From a bacterium (GTDB lineage: Bacteria > Bacteroidota > Ignavibacteria > Kapaibacteriales > Kapaibacteriaceae): DNA of 64,000 bases. The stretch lies in assembly GCA_034440235.1 (NCBI GenBank), contig JAWXBR010000011.1:64787-128786 (forward strand). The letters are read 5' to 3'. Every line of letters begins with the position of its first letter. Position 1 is the stretch's first letter. Shown here in pieces: positions 8,534 to 18,533 of this stretch. The notes beneath the pieces were generated by a model, which was given only the letters and a program-made list of their open reading frames with translations, was not told the DNA's origin and ran no database searches. Both the position numbers and the translations under genes were made by a program.

Positions 8534-9963
8534 AAACGCCTAATTCTGAGAGGCTTCTTTTTTGAGCGTGTAGATCGTATTGCTTGCTCAGACTCAGATG
8601 CAATTGGGAAGTGCTTGCGCAAGGTTTCTATTAGTAAGGGCAAGAGTCCCGTTCCATCACCAACATTGGTTTCACCGATGTTGCTTGCATTGGCTAGGCT
8701 CGCACCGATGTTGCTTGCATTGGCTAGGCTCGCACCGATGTTGCTTGCATTGGCTAGACTCGCACCGATGTGTGCGTTTGGGTTTTGCAGCACCTTCAGG
8801 AACTCGCGTTCTGCACCTGTGAACCGACGTCTGCGCTGTTCAGTTCGAAGAGCACTTCGCACTAGATGAGCGACAATCTTATGGTTACCAGATAAGACAT
8901 TCAGCATGACGGACAACAACGTTGCTTGCGACGTCCATGCTTCGTGCGCCTGACTCAGTTCACTGTCTCCCAAAACGTGACTTACCATTCGTGAAGCTGC
9001 ATCCATTTCACCGTGCGTAACAGCAGCAATAGCATTACGCATAAATGTTGCGACTCTATGACGCGGCAGATGTGTGTGGTGACGAGCAGGCGGCAGCGAT
9101 AGGCCAGCCAAGCGACTTGTGACACCAAGTAATGCTGCTTCGTCAGCAAGGTCAATCAATGCATTGTTGACGTCAGCTCTGTACGCTGCAAGCTTGTCGG
9201 AATGTTCGGCGAGGAGAACAGAAAGCGTGTGGGCTCTAGTAACAAACACATCGGCATCTCGTTCGCAAGCCGCACGCAACAACCCTGCATGAAGCCGACG
9301 TAGTGTTCCTAGCGACGAATGCTCTGAGTGCTCGTGATGTGTTGAACTCTCAGAGTGTTCGTGATGTGCTGCATTGGTAAGGGGCTCGAGAAGGGGCTCG
9401 AAGCGTTCGCACGATGACGCTCGCTGTGTCCATACATCGAGCTCACGTGCGGCGTCGTGATGATGACGCGCAAGCTCCAATGCAAAACGTTCGTCTTCGA
9501 TTAGAGTGTTGAGTAGTCTAGACGTGAGAGGCATTGTACGACGTTGTACTGCACAGAGATCGAGCAAAGCGGACGGCAACTCATTCGAAAGAGCAGATGA
9601 ACGAGCACGGCGTATGCGGCGCTCGGCTGTAGAGTAACATCCGCGCGCCGCAAGAAATTCTATAGCATCTGCCTCTCGCTGTAGCCTCACAACGACGTCG
9701 TCTTGAGGTTGCAGTCGGTCTACGCAGGCAACAAGTTCTTCGAGCAATGCATAACGAAGCTCAGTGAGATTATTCTCTGCGAGTGTTCCCTTGAATGCGC
9801 CTCGAACAACATTTGCGTCGTATACCTTGAGTCGATCGAGCGTCGTGAAAAGGCGCAGGTACTGGGGATTCTTTACATGACGTCGCGCATGCATCGTAAA
9901 CGCTCGCTTCTCAGAAGCGGTTAGTGAATGTACGAGGTGATGTAGTTCGTCAGCGATCTGCAT
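8530..9963 (-). CDS. Hypothetical all-helical cytoplasmic protein with a His-rich patch and a C-terminal 10-aa tandem repeat (NIGASLANAS x3.5)
   Basis: Long ORF with no signal peptide and no recognisable family. HEHSESSTHHEHSEHSS motif. A 30-bp DNA tandem repeat at 8673-8776 encodes the repeat. Confidence 0.45.
   Translation of the reverse strand: MQIADELHHLVHSLTASEKRAFTMHARRHVKNPQYLRLFTTLDRLKVYDANVVRGAFKGTLAENNLTELRYALLEELVACVDRLQPQDDVVVRLQREADAIEFLAARGCYSTAERRIRRARSSALSNELPSALLDLCAVQRRTMPLTSRLLNTLIEDERFALELARHHHDAARELDVWTQRASSCERFEPLLEPLTNAAHHEHSESSTHHEHSEHSSLGTLRRLHAGLLRAACERDADVFVTRAHTLSVLLAEHSDKLAAYRADVNNALIDLADEAALLGVTSRLAGLSLPPARHHTHLPRHRVATFMRNAIAAVTHGEMDAASRMVSHVLGDSELSQAHEAWTSQATLLSVMLNVLSGNHKIVAHLVRSALRTEQRRRRFTGAEREFLKVLQNPNAHIGASLANASNIGASLANASNIGASLANASNIGETNVGDGTGLLPLLIETLRKHFPIASESEQAIRSTRSKKKPLRIRRF
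8673..8776. repeat. 30-bp in-frame tandem repeat of about 3.5 copies (CACCGATGTTGCTTGCATTGGCTAGGCTCG)
   Basis: Perfect or near-perfect direct copies are visible in the sequence, inside CDS 8530-9963. Confidence 0.9.
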
Positions 9964-10012
9964 AGCTAAAACAACAACGCGAATACATTTTTGTTACCGA
10001 GGCTCGCTGCTC

Positions 10013-11794
10013 TTGGTATTTTGCGACATGAACCATCTACTACGAGTAACCGCACTCCTACTGCTTCTATGCGTTGGATGCAAGAAGGAAGGTCGTCCAG
10101 AAGGCAGCCTACGTCCGGCCCAAGGCGGAAAGTATTACGGAGGCATCTTTCGAGTAAACGAAACCGGTGAACTCAGCTCGCTTGATCCTGTCCGCATCAA
10201 TGATGTTACCAGTGCACATATCGCACAGAACATCTATGACAATCTGTTGCAGTTCGACGAGCATCTTAGACTGCAGCCCGATCTGGCGCATCGATGGGAA
10301 GTTTCGGCGGACGGACTCGAGTACACCTATCATCTTCGGAACGATGTGTGGTTCCACGACAATCCGTGTTTCCCCGATGGCAAGGGTCGCAAGTTCACAG
10401 CACATGATGTGAAGTACTCGTTCACGCGTAATTGCGATGCACGTGCGAAGACGAAATCGTACGACTATTTCCGTGGCAAAGTCCAAGGTGTAGATGATTT
10501 CTATGAGGCATCGCGCAAGGTTGATGAAGAAAATCCAATGAAGGTGAAAGAGGTAACCGGCTTTATTGTAGAAAACGATACGACATTCAAAGTCAGATTA
10601 ACAGCCCCCTTTGCCCCTTTTGAAAATTATGTTGGCTTAACGGCAATGGGCATTCATTGTCGCGAAGCGGTTGAGAAGTATGGCGAGGACTACGGACAGA
10701 ATCCGGTGGGGACGGGTCCGTTCTCTTTTGTGCGCTGGCAGCCCGATCGAGATCTCACGCTTACTCGTAATTCGCGTTACTGGAAGTTCGATGAGGTCGG
10801 TAACAGACTGCCATTACTTGATGGCATCCGGTTTTCATTTCTCAAAGATGACAAACTTCAGTTGCTTGAGTTTGCAGCGGGTAACCTCGAAGAATCGTAT
10901 CGCATTGCGAATGAGTTTTTTGGTGACATCGTAGACGAGAATAAGAATCCGAAGGGAGTTTGGGCTAAGTACACACTGTTACACGTGCCCGCCATATCGA
11001 CGCAGTTCTATGGATTTCTCACAACGAGTAAAGAGTTCAACGACAAGCGTGTACGCCAAGCGTTCAACTATGCAGTTGATCGCAAACGCATTATCAAGTA
11101 TGTGTTGCGTGGCCAAGCGTATGGTCCGGCCGAACACGGCCTAGTACCGCCGTCCATGCCCGAATACCCAACGTCAACAGTCAAGGGATACTCGTTCGAT
11201 CCGTTGCTGGCAAAACGCCTGTTGGCGGAAGCAGGGTTTCCGAATGGCAAAGGGTTTCCGACAGTGACGTTGCAATTGAATTCGGGTGGGGGACGCAATG
11301 TCTCTGTCGCCGAAGCAGTACAGAACATGCTTATGGAGCACCTGAACGTGAAGGTTGAACTGCTCCAGGTCGAGTTTGCACAACATCTCGAGGCAATCGA
11401 TCATGGGCGAACTCCATTCTATAGGCTCGGTTGGGTTGGCGACTACCCAGATCCAGAAACCTTTCTAAATCTATACAATGGCAAACTGGTGCCTAAGGAC
11501 GGCGGTATAAGTCCGATCAACGCTGTACGCTACGTCAACCCGCGTTACGACGCAATGCTTCAGCGTGCTCTTGCTGAAACCGATCACACAAAGAGAATGA
11601 ACCTCTATCGTGATGCCGAGCAGATAGCCATCTCTGATGCGCCAATGTTGTTGCTGTTCAATGACGAAGACTACCGGTTCGTACAGCCTTATGTCCGCGA
11701 CTACCGCAACAACTCCATGGACCAGCGTCCGTACCGCTATATCTGGTTCGACCCCGCGGCTATACCTGCATTAAAAAAGGGACAACAGCTTTAG
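10013..11794 (+). CDS. ABC transporter substrate-binding protein, family 5 (peptide/nickel/oligopeptide-binding, OppA/DppA-like). Lipoprotein.
   Basis: Lipoprotein signal (LLLLCVGCKKEG). Family-5 SBP motifs are present (SLDPV..ND, NLL.FD, GTGPF...W) at the expected length of about 590 aa. Confidence 0.75.
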   Translation: MVFCDMNHLLRVTALLLLLCVGCKKEGRPEGSLRPAQGGKYYGGIFRVNETGELSSLDPVRINDVTSAHIAQNIYDNLLQFDEHLRLQPDLAHRWEVSADGLEYTYHLRNDVWFHDNPCFPDGKGRKFTAHDVKYSFTRNCDARAKTKSYDYFRGKVQGVDDFYEASRKVDEENPMKVKEVTGFIVENDTTFKVRLTAPFAPFENYVGLTAMGIHCREAVEKYGEDYGQNPVGTGPFSFVRWQPDRDLTLTRNSRYWKFDEVGNRLPLLDGIRFSFLKDDKLQLLEFAAGNLEESYRIANEFFGDIVDENKNPKGVWAKYTLLHVPAISTQFYGFLTTSKEFNDKRVRQAFNYAVDRKRIIKYVLRGQAYGPAEHGLVPPSMPEYPTSTVKGYSFDPLLAKRLLAEAGFPNGKGFPTVTLQLNSGGGRNVSVAEAVQNMLMEHLNVKVELLQVEFAQHLEAIDHGRTPFYRLGWVGDYPDPETFLNLYNGKLVPKDGGISPINAVRYVNPRYDAMLQRALAETDHTKRMNLYRDAEQIAISDAPMLLLFNDEDYRFVQPYVRDYRNNSMDQRPYRYIWFDPAAIPALKKGQQL

Positions 11795-11810
11795 GCCGTT
11801 GTCCCTTTTG
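11774..11810. terminator. Bidirectional rho-independent terminator hairpin between convergent genes
   Basis: AAGGGACAAC-loop-GTTGTCCCTT stem is flanked by an A-run on one side and a T-run on the other. It overlaps the stop codon of CDS 10013-11794. Confidence 0.6.
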
Positions 11811-11825
11811 ATTGAGTCTCTTATG

Positions 11826-12584
11826 TTAGCGTACGACCTGTAGACGTGTAACCATTACACCTGAGGAATGCAGCATTCGCACCATGTACGTACCGTTTGC
11901 AAGTGCATCGAGTTGTGCCGGCACAATCATTTGTCCCTGAGGCATGCCAGTTGCGAGCGTCGCAACAACATTGCCGTTAAGATCAATGATATCTAGTGAC
12001 GACGATGGATCGTAGGAAGGAACGTCTATCAAGACTTCCGCAACATCCATCGCTGGATTTGGCGCAACAGCTACGTAAGCAGCAACGTTCGGTGAAGTTT
12101 CACCTGCGATTGCTGAACCTTCTGAAGGAATATTGTCTTTTACGCGCACAGAATTCGTTTCACCGCCACCAGAGCAGTTTACCCATACGCAATAATAGAT
12201 GCTACACTTCACAACCTTGCCCGTTGGCAATACGTCGTAAACGTCAATCGTAAAGCAAACTGGGTCCCACCACAAATCCCACCAATCCTTCGCGCCACTT
12301 ACGCTCTGCTTCGGATTTTTGAACGGGTAGGTGTGGGTAGTGCCTTGCTGACCAGATTCGTAAATGCGAATGAAGTTTGTGCCAGGTTTTACGTAGTCAA
12401 ACTTGAAATTCACACGGTACTTTTCACGGCCCTGAGCGTCTTGACCGAGGCACTCAACGTCGTACGTCCCGACGTTAATACACGTTGGCACGCCGCCAGG
12501 CGCTGCTTGCACCGAAGGTACTGTATAGGCAACGAATCCACAGACCAAGAGCAGAGTTATAAAATGTTTCATGACTGTCCTCAA
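11826..12584 (-). CDS. Small secreted Cys-rich protein with T9SS C-terminal sorting domain (paralog family member 1)
   Basis: Signal peptide. Conserved module C..C..KF..VK.GTNFIRIY..G.QG.T.TYPFK...CFTIDVYDVLP.GKVVKCS. The CTD ends ...NGTYMVRMLHSSGVMVTRLQVVR. Confidence 0.7.
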   Translation of the reverse strand: MRTVMKHFITLLLVCGFVAYTVPSVQAAPGGVPTCINVGTYDVECLGQDAQGREKYRVNFKFDYVKPGTNFIRIYESGQQGTTHTYPFKNPKQSVSGAKDWWDLWWDPVCFTIDVYDVLPTGKVVKCSIYYCVWVNCSGGGETNSVRVKDNIPSEGSAIAGETSPNVAAYVAVAPNPAMDVAEVLIDVPSYDPSSSLDIIDLNGNVVATLATGMPQGQMIVPAQLDALANGTYMVRMLHSSGVMVTRLQVVR

Positions 12585-12626
12585 AATTGAAAGAAATTAG
12601 ACGAATCGAGTTAGAGTTCGTAAGGA

Positions 12627-13304
12627 TTATCGAACGATTTGAAGTTGCTGAACGACCATGCCGTCTACGTGGAGCATGCGTACCATGTATACTCCGTTAG
12701 AAAGGTTCGGAAGATCTGCTGGAATAACGGTCGTGCCTGCAGCCATACCAGTAGCAAGTGTTGCAACCATATTGCCCGTCATGTCAACGAGTTCAATCGC
12801 TGAATTAGGGTCATACGATGGCACAGCAACCGAGATGTTCACAACGTCCATTGCCGGATTCGGGGCAAGGGTTAAGGAAGGGGTCGTTGGCATTTCACCT
12901 GCCACAACGTCTTTTGCAAACTCGAAACCACAGAACACAGGAACGCAGACTTCCGACGAACACTTCACAACCTTGCCGTTTGGCAGTACGTCGTAGACAT
13001 CAATGGTAAAGCACTGTGGACCAAAGCCGCCGCTAGAAGAAACAGTCTGCGAAGAAGTCTTAAACGGATAGGTAAATGTTGAACCCTGACTTCGACCCTG
13101 GTAGATTCGAATAAAGTTTGTGCCTGCCTTAACAGCACTGAATTTAAAGTTGACTGCAAATCCACCGTTATAGTAGCAGTCAACGGTGGTAGTCACCTCA
13201 TTAGCCGTTATACAATCGTTAGGTGCTTGACTCCAAGCCGAGGCCTGAACCGAACAGCATAGGCCAATAATTGCGACCGCCAAAAGATTAACGACAAATT
13301 TCAT
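12627..13304 (-). CDS. Small secreted Cys-rich protein with T9SS C-terminal sorting domain (paralog family member 2)
   Basis: It shares near-identical motifs with 11826-12584 (TNFIRIY, TYPFK, CFTIDVYDVLPNGKVVKCS). The CTD ends ...NGVYMVRMLHVDGMVVQQLQIVR. Confidence 0.7.
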   Translation of the reverse strand: MKFVVNLLAVAIIGLCCSVQASAWSQAPNDCITANEVTTTVDCYYNGGFAVNFKFSAVKAGTNFIRIYQGRSQGSTFTYPFKTSSQTVSSSGGFGPQCFTIDVYDVLPNGKVVKCSSEVCVPVFCGFEFAKDVVAGEMPTTPSLTLAPNPAMDVVNISVAVPSYDPNSAIELVDMTGNMVATLATGMAAGTTVIPADLPNLSNGVYMVRMLHVDGMVVQQLQIVR

Positions 13305-13360
13305 AAACGATGCCTTTCTGAGACGTGAGAGAGAGGTTTGAATGGTGCGAACATAAACAA

Positions 13361-13390
13361 AAAGGGTGACCGATTAAGTCACCCCTTTTA
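13361..13390 (-). terminator. Rho-independent terminator hairpin
   Basis: GGGTGAC-CGATTAA-GTCACCC stem-loop is flanked by A-run and T-run. It lies downstream of CDS 13453-14661 on the minus strand. Confidence 0.55.
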
Positions 13391-13452
13391 CGTAATCCAC
13401 AGGCTGTGTTTTTGAGCCTAGCACACGGTGTGTTAAGGCCACGTTTTTGAGC

Positions 13453-14661
13453 CTAGCGCACGATGCGTATCGGCTCGCTTATCAGGCCACCCGTATGGCG
13501 AAGGCGCAACATGTATGTGCCAGAGGCCATTCCGTGAAGGTTTGCGTTAACGGTCGTCTGACCGGCCTTGAGTCCTGAAGCAATTGTCGCAACAACCTGC
13601 CCGTTTAGATCGACGATGTCAACCGATGCATTGGCATCGTCGTATGGCATCGAGAGAATAACGTCAGTTTCGTCTGTTGCAGGATTCGGCACCGAAACAA
13701 CACTTGCAGCGGTTAGAATTACTGCTTCGTTGAGCGTGTTTGTATTGTCCGTACTGCCCGCGTTTCCTAGGTTGATACCTTGGTTCGGACCACCAGTACG
13801 GCACTTGCGGATGATGCGATAGCAGATGACGGTATCACAGCGCAGCTCTGGACAAATCAGTACTGTGTATTTCACGCAGAACTTGATTGTATCAGTACAT
13901 TCTATAACACGACTCGATGTGCTGACCGTCGGACATGCTGGAGGAAGATTGATAAGGATTTCGAATCCACGCTTTGGATTAAAACGAACACATGGATCGA
14001 ATTTCCAGAGAGCAATATTGCCTTCGATGTGAGGTCCGTCTACACCCTTAATAGCAGCACGAGAGATTTCTGTACGAATCGGTTGCCATGCAGACCTTTC
14101 GGTGTTTGAACAAACGCGACGATGACTTGCATCGACAACTTCCATTTGAACTGCACCAACACCGAACGGAGAAAATCCTAGTGCGCCCGAGAGTATGATG
14201 TCTTCACCATTTGAAGCGAGGTGCGGACGTGCTTCGATAGACTTGCGCACGTCACTGCATTTTGGAGCACAACGTGGCAATTCAATACATTTTTCAACGC
14301 GACAAAGTTTGCGTCTTCCGTCTTCTGTCATGTTATAAACTGTAAATGTAAAGCAAGCCTTGAGTGAGTTGCCTACATGTACATAACGAAACACTTGTTC
14401 TTCATTTTCGAGTGGAAGTTTGTAGGTGGTCGTTCCTACATGTCCAGTTTCCGACGATATATAGAGTACATCGCCTTCTTTGTTAATGTCTGTTGCATGA
14501 AACTTGATGACATACCGAGGTCTGCCATCAGCGTTAAAACCCGCACACTCCGCAGTAATCGAGCGGAGACTGATGCAAGGCTGGTCTTCTTGTGCTTTGA
14601 CTGCCGCCGACATCGCGACGGCAAGACTACACAGTAACAGGGTTTTCACAACACGATTCAT
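13453..14661 (-). CDS. Secreted Cys-rich protein with T9SS C-terminal sorting domain (larger relative of the two small paralogs)
   Basis: Signal peptide. The N-terminal module has the same Cys spacing (C..C...Y.IKF...CFTFTVYN....C....C). There is an extra Cys-pair-rich middle region. The CTD ends ...SGTYMLRLRHTGGLISEPIRIVR. Confidence 0.65.
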   Translation of the reverse strand: MNRVVKTLLLCSLAVAMSAAVKAQEDQPCISLRSITAECAGFNADGRPRYVIKFHATDINKEGDVLYISSETGHVGTTTYKLPLENEEQVFRYVHVGNSLKACFTFTVYNMTEDGRRKLCRVEKCIELPRCAPKCSDVRKSIEARPHLASNGEDIILSGALGFSPFGVGAVQMEVVDASHRRVCSNTERSAWQPIRTEISRAAIKGVDGPHIEGNIALWKFDPCVRFNPKRGFEILINLPPACPTVSTSSRVIECTDTIKFCVKYTVLICPELRCDTVICYRIIRKCRTGGPNQGINLGNAGSTDNTNTLNEAVILTAASVVSVPNPATDETDVILSMPYDDANASVDIVDLNGQVVATIASGLKAGQTTVNANLHGMASGTYMLRLRHTGGLISEPIRIVR

Positions 14662-14870
14662 GAGCGTCGTCCTTACGAAAAGAGGAAAAAAGGTCCGTTG
14701 TGCCCGGCCATGGAGTGTGTGTGCGTTGAGGTCGGCCGATTCAACGTGGCGAAGAATCCACGCTGTGCAGAAAGCGTTACAGCTTCTCTACGAATTCAAC
14801 ATTAAGATTCGTCAACATCAACACCGATCGTCTAAAATGAGACTTAGTGTCACCAGAAATTTGGTGTCGA

Positions 14871-16151
14871 TTACGAGTCGTCGTCTAAATTGAGGTCGGG
14901 AATATGATTGAACGCAATGCGCAACGGCGCACTGTTCAACGCGTCATGGGCCGACCCCACATACAATGTGTTCTTGCCGTATTTCTTGTTTATGGCGTCG
15001 AGGCCAGTATTTAACTGCTCTCTGGCGGGACCAGTATTCTTGAACATGGGAAGGGGCGTAGAACCAAGGGGCTCGACCTTGTTGAGCGCCATGCTGACTT
15101 TTATTGGCTTTGCATTTGTTGGTGGAACAGCATTCAGAAGGGCCACGAGAGCGCTCGTAAGTTGTACGGTGTCTTGTGTAACGGTAAGATTCATGTCAGC
15201 CTTCCAACGTGAACCGTCTACATAACGAATACTTATATAAAGATTTCCAGTAAGAAGCTCGTAGGAACGCAGACGCATGGCGGCTTTTTGCATAAGCCTA
15301 TGAAGCACACCACAAGCCCCTTCCCAACTTCTTAAAGTTGGTTCGAGTACATGCGAATGTCCGACCGTACTTTTATGCGTCACCATCGGCGCAAGTTCTT
15401 CGCCGCGCAACCGTTGCCACATGCGTTCGCCTTCTATTCCGCCCCACACCTCGCGTAGCTGTTGTTTCGAGGCCGAGCATAACATCTCAACAGTGTAGAT
15501 GCCGTGTTTGTACAAGCGCTTGTACATGTTGCGACCAATGCCACATAATTCCTGAAGCTCGAGAGGAAAGAGAACACCCGGCAAGTCCTCCTGATGGATT
15601 ACAACCAGTCCATCTGGCTTCTGCATATCCGTTGCCGTCTTAGCAAGAAAGTCGTTCGGAGCAATACCAATCGAACACTTCATTTCGGTGCCGACGTTCT
15701 CGTAGATGGCACGCTTTACATCGCGGGCAATCTCGCGAGCACGATCTTCATTGCGCATCGAGCCTATGAGCTCGCATGCCATTTCATCGATGGACATCAC
15801 CTTCTTGACGTGGATAACGCTTTCGACCACTTCCACCAGACGATGGTGATACTCGATGTAGCTGACGTGTCCGGCTTGGACGAGAATGAGACCCGGACAC
15901 ATCCGTTTTGCATCTGCGACGAGCGTCCCCGTCTTCACTCCAAATCGTTTAGCCTCGTACGATGCGGCAATTGCACTGGTCGTATCGGTCATCACGGGCA
16001 CAACAGCTATAGGCTTTCCGCGCAACTCTGGATGCACCTGTTGCTCGACAGATGCGAAGTAGCTATTGAAGTCTATGAAGAGGGAGCGGAGCACGTTCGA
16101 AATTATACAATGCGTAGAGAATACTACAGCGTTGCGAGAAAGAACGCTCAT
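14871..16151 (-). CDS. dinB: Y-family DNA polymerase IV (DinB-like). The true start may be an internal GTG near 16091.
   Basis: LFIDFNSYFASVEQ aligns to the DinB MDCFFAAVE catalytic motif, and a downstream Y-family fold is present. The ORF track start at 16163 probably over-extends the N-terminus. Confidence 0.7.
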   Translation of the reverse strand: MSVLSRNAVVFSTHCIISNVLRSLFIDFNSYFASVEQQVHPELRGKPIAVVPVMTDTTSAIAASYEAKRFGVKTGTLVADAKRMCPGLILVQAGHVSYIEYHHRLVEVVESVIHVKKVMSIDEMACELIGSMRNEDRAREIARDVKRAIYENVGTEMKCSIGIAPNDFLAKTATDMQKPDGLVVIHQEDLPGVLFPLELQELCGIGRNMYKRLYKHGIYTVEMLCSASKQQLREVWGGIEGERMWQRLRGEELAPMVTHKSTVGHSHVLEPTLRSWEGACGVLHRLMQKAAMRLRSYELLTGNLYISIRYVDGSRWKADMNLTVTQDTVQLTSALVALLNAVPPTNAKPIKVSMALNKVEPLGSTPLPMFKNTGPAREQLNTGLDAINKKYGKNTLYVGSAHDALNSAPLRIAFNHIPDLNLDDDS

Positions 16152-16245
16152 TCCTAAAAACAACGCTCATTCCGGGAGCGAAGCGAAAAGCGACGCGAGA
16201 TGCGGGGAATTCATCATCATAGCGGTTTGTGGAGCCGCTTTCTTA

Positions 16246-16263
16246 ATTTGGACTAAATCCAAA
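16246..16263. promoter_or_regulatory. 18-bp perfect palindrome ATTTGGA-CTAAA-TCCAAA abutting the feoA start codon. A second copy lies at 18534-18552.
   Basis: Seen directly in the sequence. It overlaps the translation initiation region of feoA. Confidence 0.55.
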
Positions 16264-16264
16264 C

Positions 16265-16582
16265 ATGAAAACTCCAGCTCCTATACCCATCCAACATGTA
16301 CCCGTCGGCAGTTCCGTTCAGATCGTCTCTGTTTCTGGAGGGGTCGGCGCGGCGCGCAGGGCGCTTGAGCTTGGTATTATCGCCGGTATGATTTGCCGAA
16401 TCGTCCGTAAAGCCCCTTTCGGCGGCCCCTTAGAAATTGAAGTTGGGAAAACACGCATCGGAATTCGTCCGGCCGTCGACCTTGTCGTGCTCGTTCGCCT
16501 GCTCGTCACCGATGCAGAATTAGTCGTGGCCAAGGGCAAGGCAGAATCGTCCATAAGTCAAACAGATGCAATTGCAGCATAG
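16265..16582 (+). CDS. feoA: Ferrous iron transport protein A (FeoA, SH3-like)
   Basis: FeoA core motifs ([10 protein letters not shown]...[47 protein letters not shown]). It overlaps the feoB start. Confidence 0.8.
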   Translation: MKTPAPIPIQHVPVGSSVQIVSVSGGVGAARRALELGIIAGMICRIVRKAPFGGPLEIEVGKTRIGIRPAVDLVVLVRLLVTDAELVVAKGKAESSISQTDAIAA

Positions 16583-18464
16583 CCAACGGTCTATCGCTGT
16601 GGTCGGCGTTCCGAATGTCGGCAAGTCTACACTCTTTAATGCGCTGACTGGACTCCAACAACGCGTCGGAAATTTTCCAGGCGTGACAATCGAGCCCATG
16701 GTTGGCTCGATTAATGAACGCGGTGAAAGCGTAACACTCATCGACCTGCCTGGGATTTATTCGCTCGATGCATCGAGCGAAGACGAGGTGCTTAGCGTCG
16801 ATGTCTTGCGTGGCGTGCATCGCAGCATACCAAAACCAGATGCCGTGCTACTTGTGATGAATGCAAGCAATCCGGACAAATGCCTTGCGCTGCATGCAGC
16901 ACTTACGACACTAAACATTCCTATGATCATCGCGGTTACGATGATCGACGATGTGAAAGCCTCGGGCGGCGTATTCGACGACATCGCGCTTTTTCATGAA
17001 CTGGGCGTGCGTGTCATGCCGGTGGTTGGACGCAAAGGCCTTGGCGTTGCAGATCTGAAGAGTGCACTGGTCGATCCATCAGCAGCCTTGATACCTCGTG
17101 CAGTGGATCTCGCACAAACTACAGGAGCACAGCCCTCCACAGGGTCTACAGAAGCACGAGTTGCATGGGCTGCACAACTCGTAGGGCGTGTTGTTATTCA
17201 TGGTAAGCGGAGTCGCCTCACCGAAAAACTCGATAACATTCTACTACACCCAGTGTTCGGCACACTTGCATTTGTCGTAGTGATGGCGCTGTTTTTTCAA
17301 GCGATTTTTTCGTGGTCAGAACCACTTATGAATCTTATTGAGAGCGGCATCTACGTGTTACGCGCCAACGCAGATGCGAACATTACGCACGATGTCCTAC
17401 GAAGCTTTGTGAGTAAGGGTCTTCTGGCAGGGGTCGGCGCCGTTATTGTTTTCCTACCGCAGATCCTTATACTAAACATTCTTATAACTGTGCTCGAAGA
17501 GTGTGGATACATGGCGCGAGCTGCGTTTTTGGTTGATAGGTTTATGGGACTGTTCGGACTTCAGGGACGCTCCTTTATTCCGTTGCTCGGTTCGTTTGCG
17601 TGCGCTGTGCCGGGCATTATGTCCGCTCGTATCATCCCATCCTACAAAGACCGCATAGCAACGATCATGGCTGCACCGCTCATGACTTGTTCAGCGCGCC
17701 TTCCGGTGTACACGTTGCTCATTGGTGCACTCATTCCATCTGCGGCAGTGTTTGGCATCTTCTCGTTACAAAGTATTGTGATGGCATCGCTGTTTGTTGC
17801 AGGTGCGCTAAGCGGACTTCTTATCGCGCTCGTGTTGAAGCGCACAATGTTCAAAGGCGACGTCGTGCCGTTCCTCATCGAATTTCCGCCGTACCGAGCC
17901 CCTTCACTACACAGTCTTTACGTTACAGTAGTTAATCGCACCAAAGACTTTCTTACAACAGCAGGCACTGTCATTCTTGCATTTAGCATTGCACTGTGGA
18001 TTCTTACAGAATTACCACGAACGAATGTTGGCAGCACCAGCGGTAACACGGCTGCTCTGCGTCTAGAGACAGAACGCACACAACTCGACTCTTCGTATGC
18101 AGCTTCGATAGGTAGAGCGGTGCAGCCCGTCTTCGCACCATTGGGATTCGATTGGCGCATTACGCTTGGCGTACTTGGGTCGTATGCTGCGCGCGAGACA
18201 TTTGTTAGTGTGATGGGTCAGGTCTACGCAGCCGACGTCAGCGCGAGCGACGTGCCGCTTCGCGAGGTCATTCACCGTGAACTTCCGTTGCCGGTCGGAC
18301 TGTCCCTTCTTGCCTACTACGTCTACGCCCTACAGTGTGTGAGCACCATGGCCGTAATGAAACGCGAAACGGGCACCTGGAAATGGCCCGCTCTTTCCTT
18401 CGCCATCACATTTGTTTTAGCCTACGCTGCTGCCTGGCTGACATTCATAATTGCCTCTAGCTAA
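16566..18464 (+). CDS. feoB: Ferrous iron transporter B (FeoB), with an N-terminal G-protein domain and a polytopic permease
   Basis: GTPase motifs ([24 protein letters not shown]) are followed by FeoB transmembrane Gate motifs. Confidence 0.9.
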   Translation: MQLQHSQRSIAVVGVPNVGKSTLFNALTGLQQRVGNFPGVTIEPMVGSINERGESVTLIDLPGIYSLDASSEDEVLSVDVLRGVHRSIPKPDAVLLVMNASNPDKCLALHAALTTLNIPMIIAVTMIDDVKASGGVFDDIALFHELGVRVMPVVGRKGLGVADLKSALVDPSAALIPRAVDLAQTTGAQPSTGSTEARVAWAAQLVGRVVIHGKRSRLTEKLDNILLHPVFGTLAFVVVMALFFQAIFSWSEPLMNLIESGIYVLRANADANITHDVLRSFVSKGLLAGVGAVIVFLPQILILNILITVLEECGYMARAAFLVDRFMGLFGLQGRSFIPLLGSFACAVPGIMSARIIPSYKDRIATIMAAPLMTCSARLPVYTLLIGALIPSAAVFGIFSLQSIVMASLFVAGALSGLLIALVLKRTMFKGDVVPFLIEFPPYRAPSLHSLYVTVVNRTKDFLTTAGTVILAFSIALWILTELPRTNVGSTSGNTAALRLETERTQLDSSYAASIGRAVQPVFAPLGFDWRITLGVLGSYAARETFVSVMGQVYAADVSASDVPLREVIHRELPLPVGLSLLAYYVYALQCVSTMAVMKRETGTWKWPALSFAITFVLAYAAAWLTFIIASS

Positions 18465-18533
18465 CTGTTCGAAACGTTAAGGGGCCTGATATGGGGCTTT
18501 TTAAGGGGCATTTTGCGGTGTTTTCCAATCTTT

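Noticed and set aside
8673-8776. Tandem direct repeats that could superficially suggest a CRISPR array. The same applies to the repeats at 45418-45545 and 42196-42360.
   Set aside because: The repeats are contiguous with no unique spacers of uniform length. Most are in-frame inside ORFs. No cas genes are present in the window.
16164-16264. A classical Fur box upstream of feoAB
   Set aside because: No match to the GATAATGATAATCATTATC-type consensus. The ATTTGGA-N5-TCCAAA palindrome is reported instead as a distinct candidate operator.
18465-18530. Rho-independent terminator after feoB
   Set aside because: GGGGCC/GGGGC stretches are present, but I could not form a convincing inverted repeat followed by a U-tract. 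It is left unannotated.
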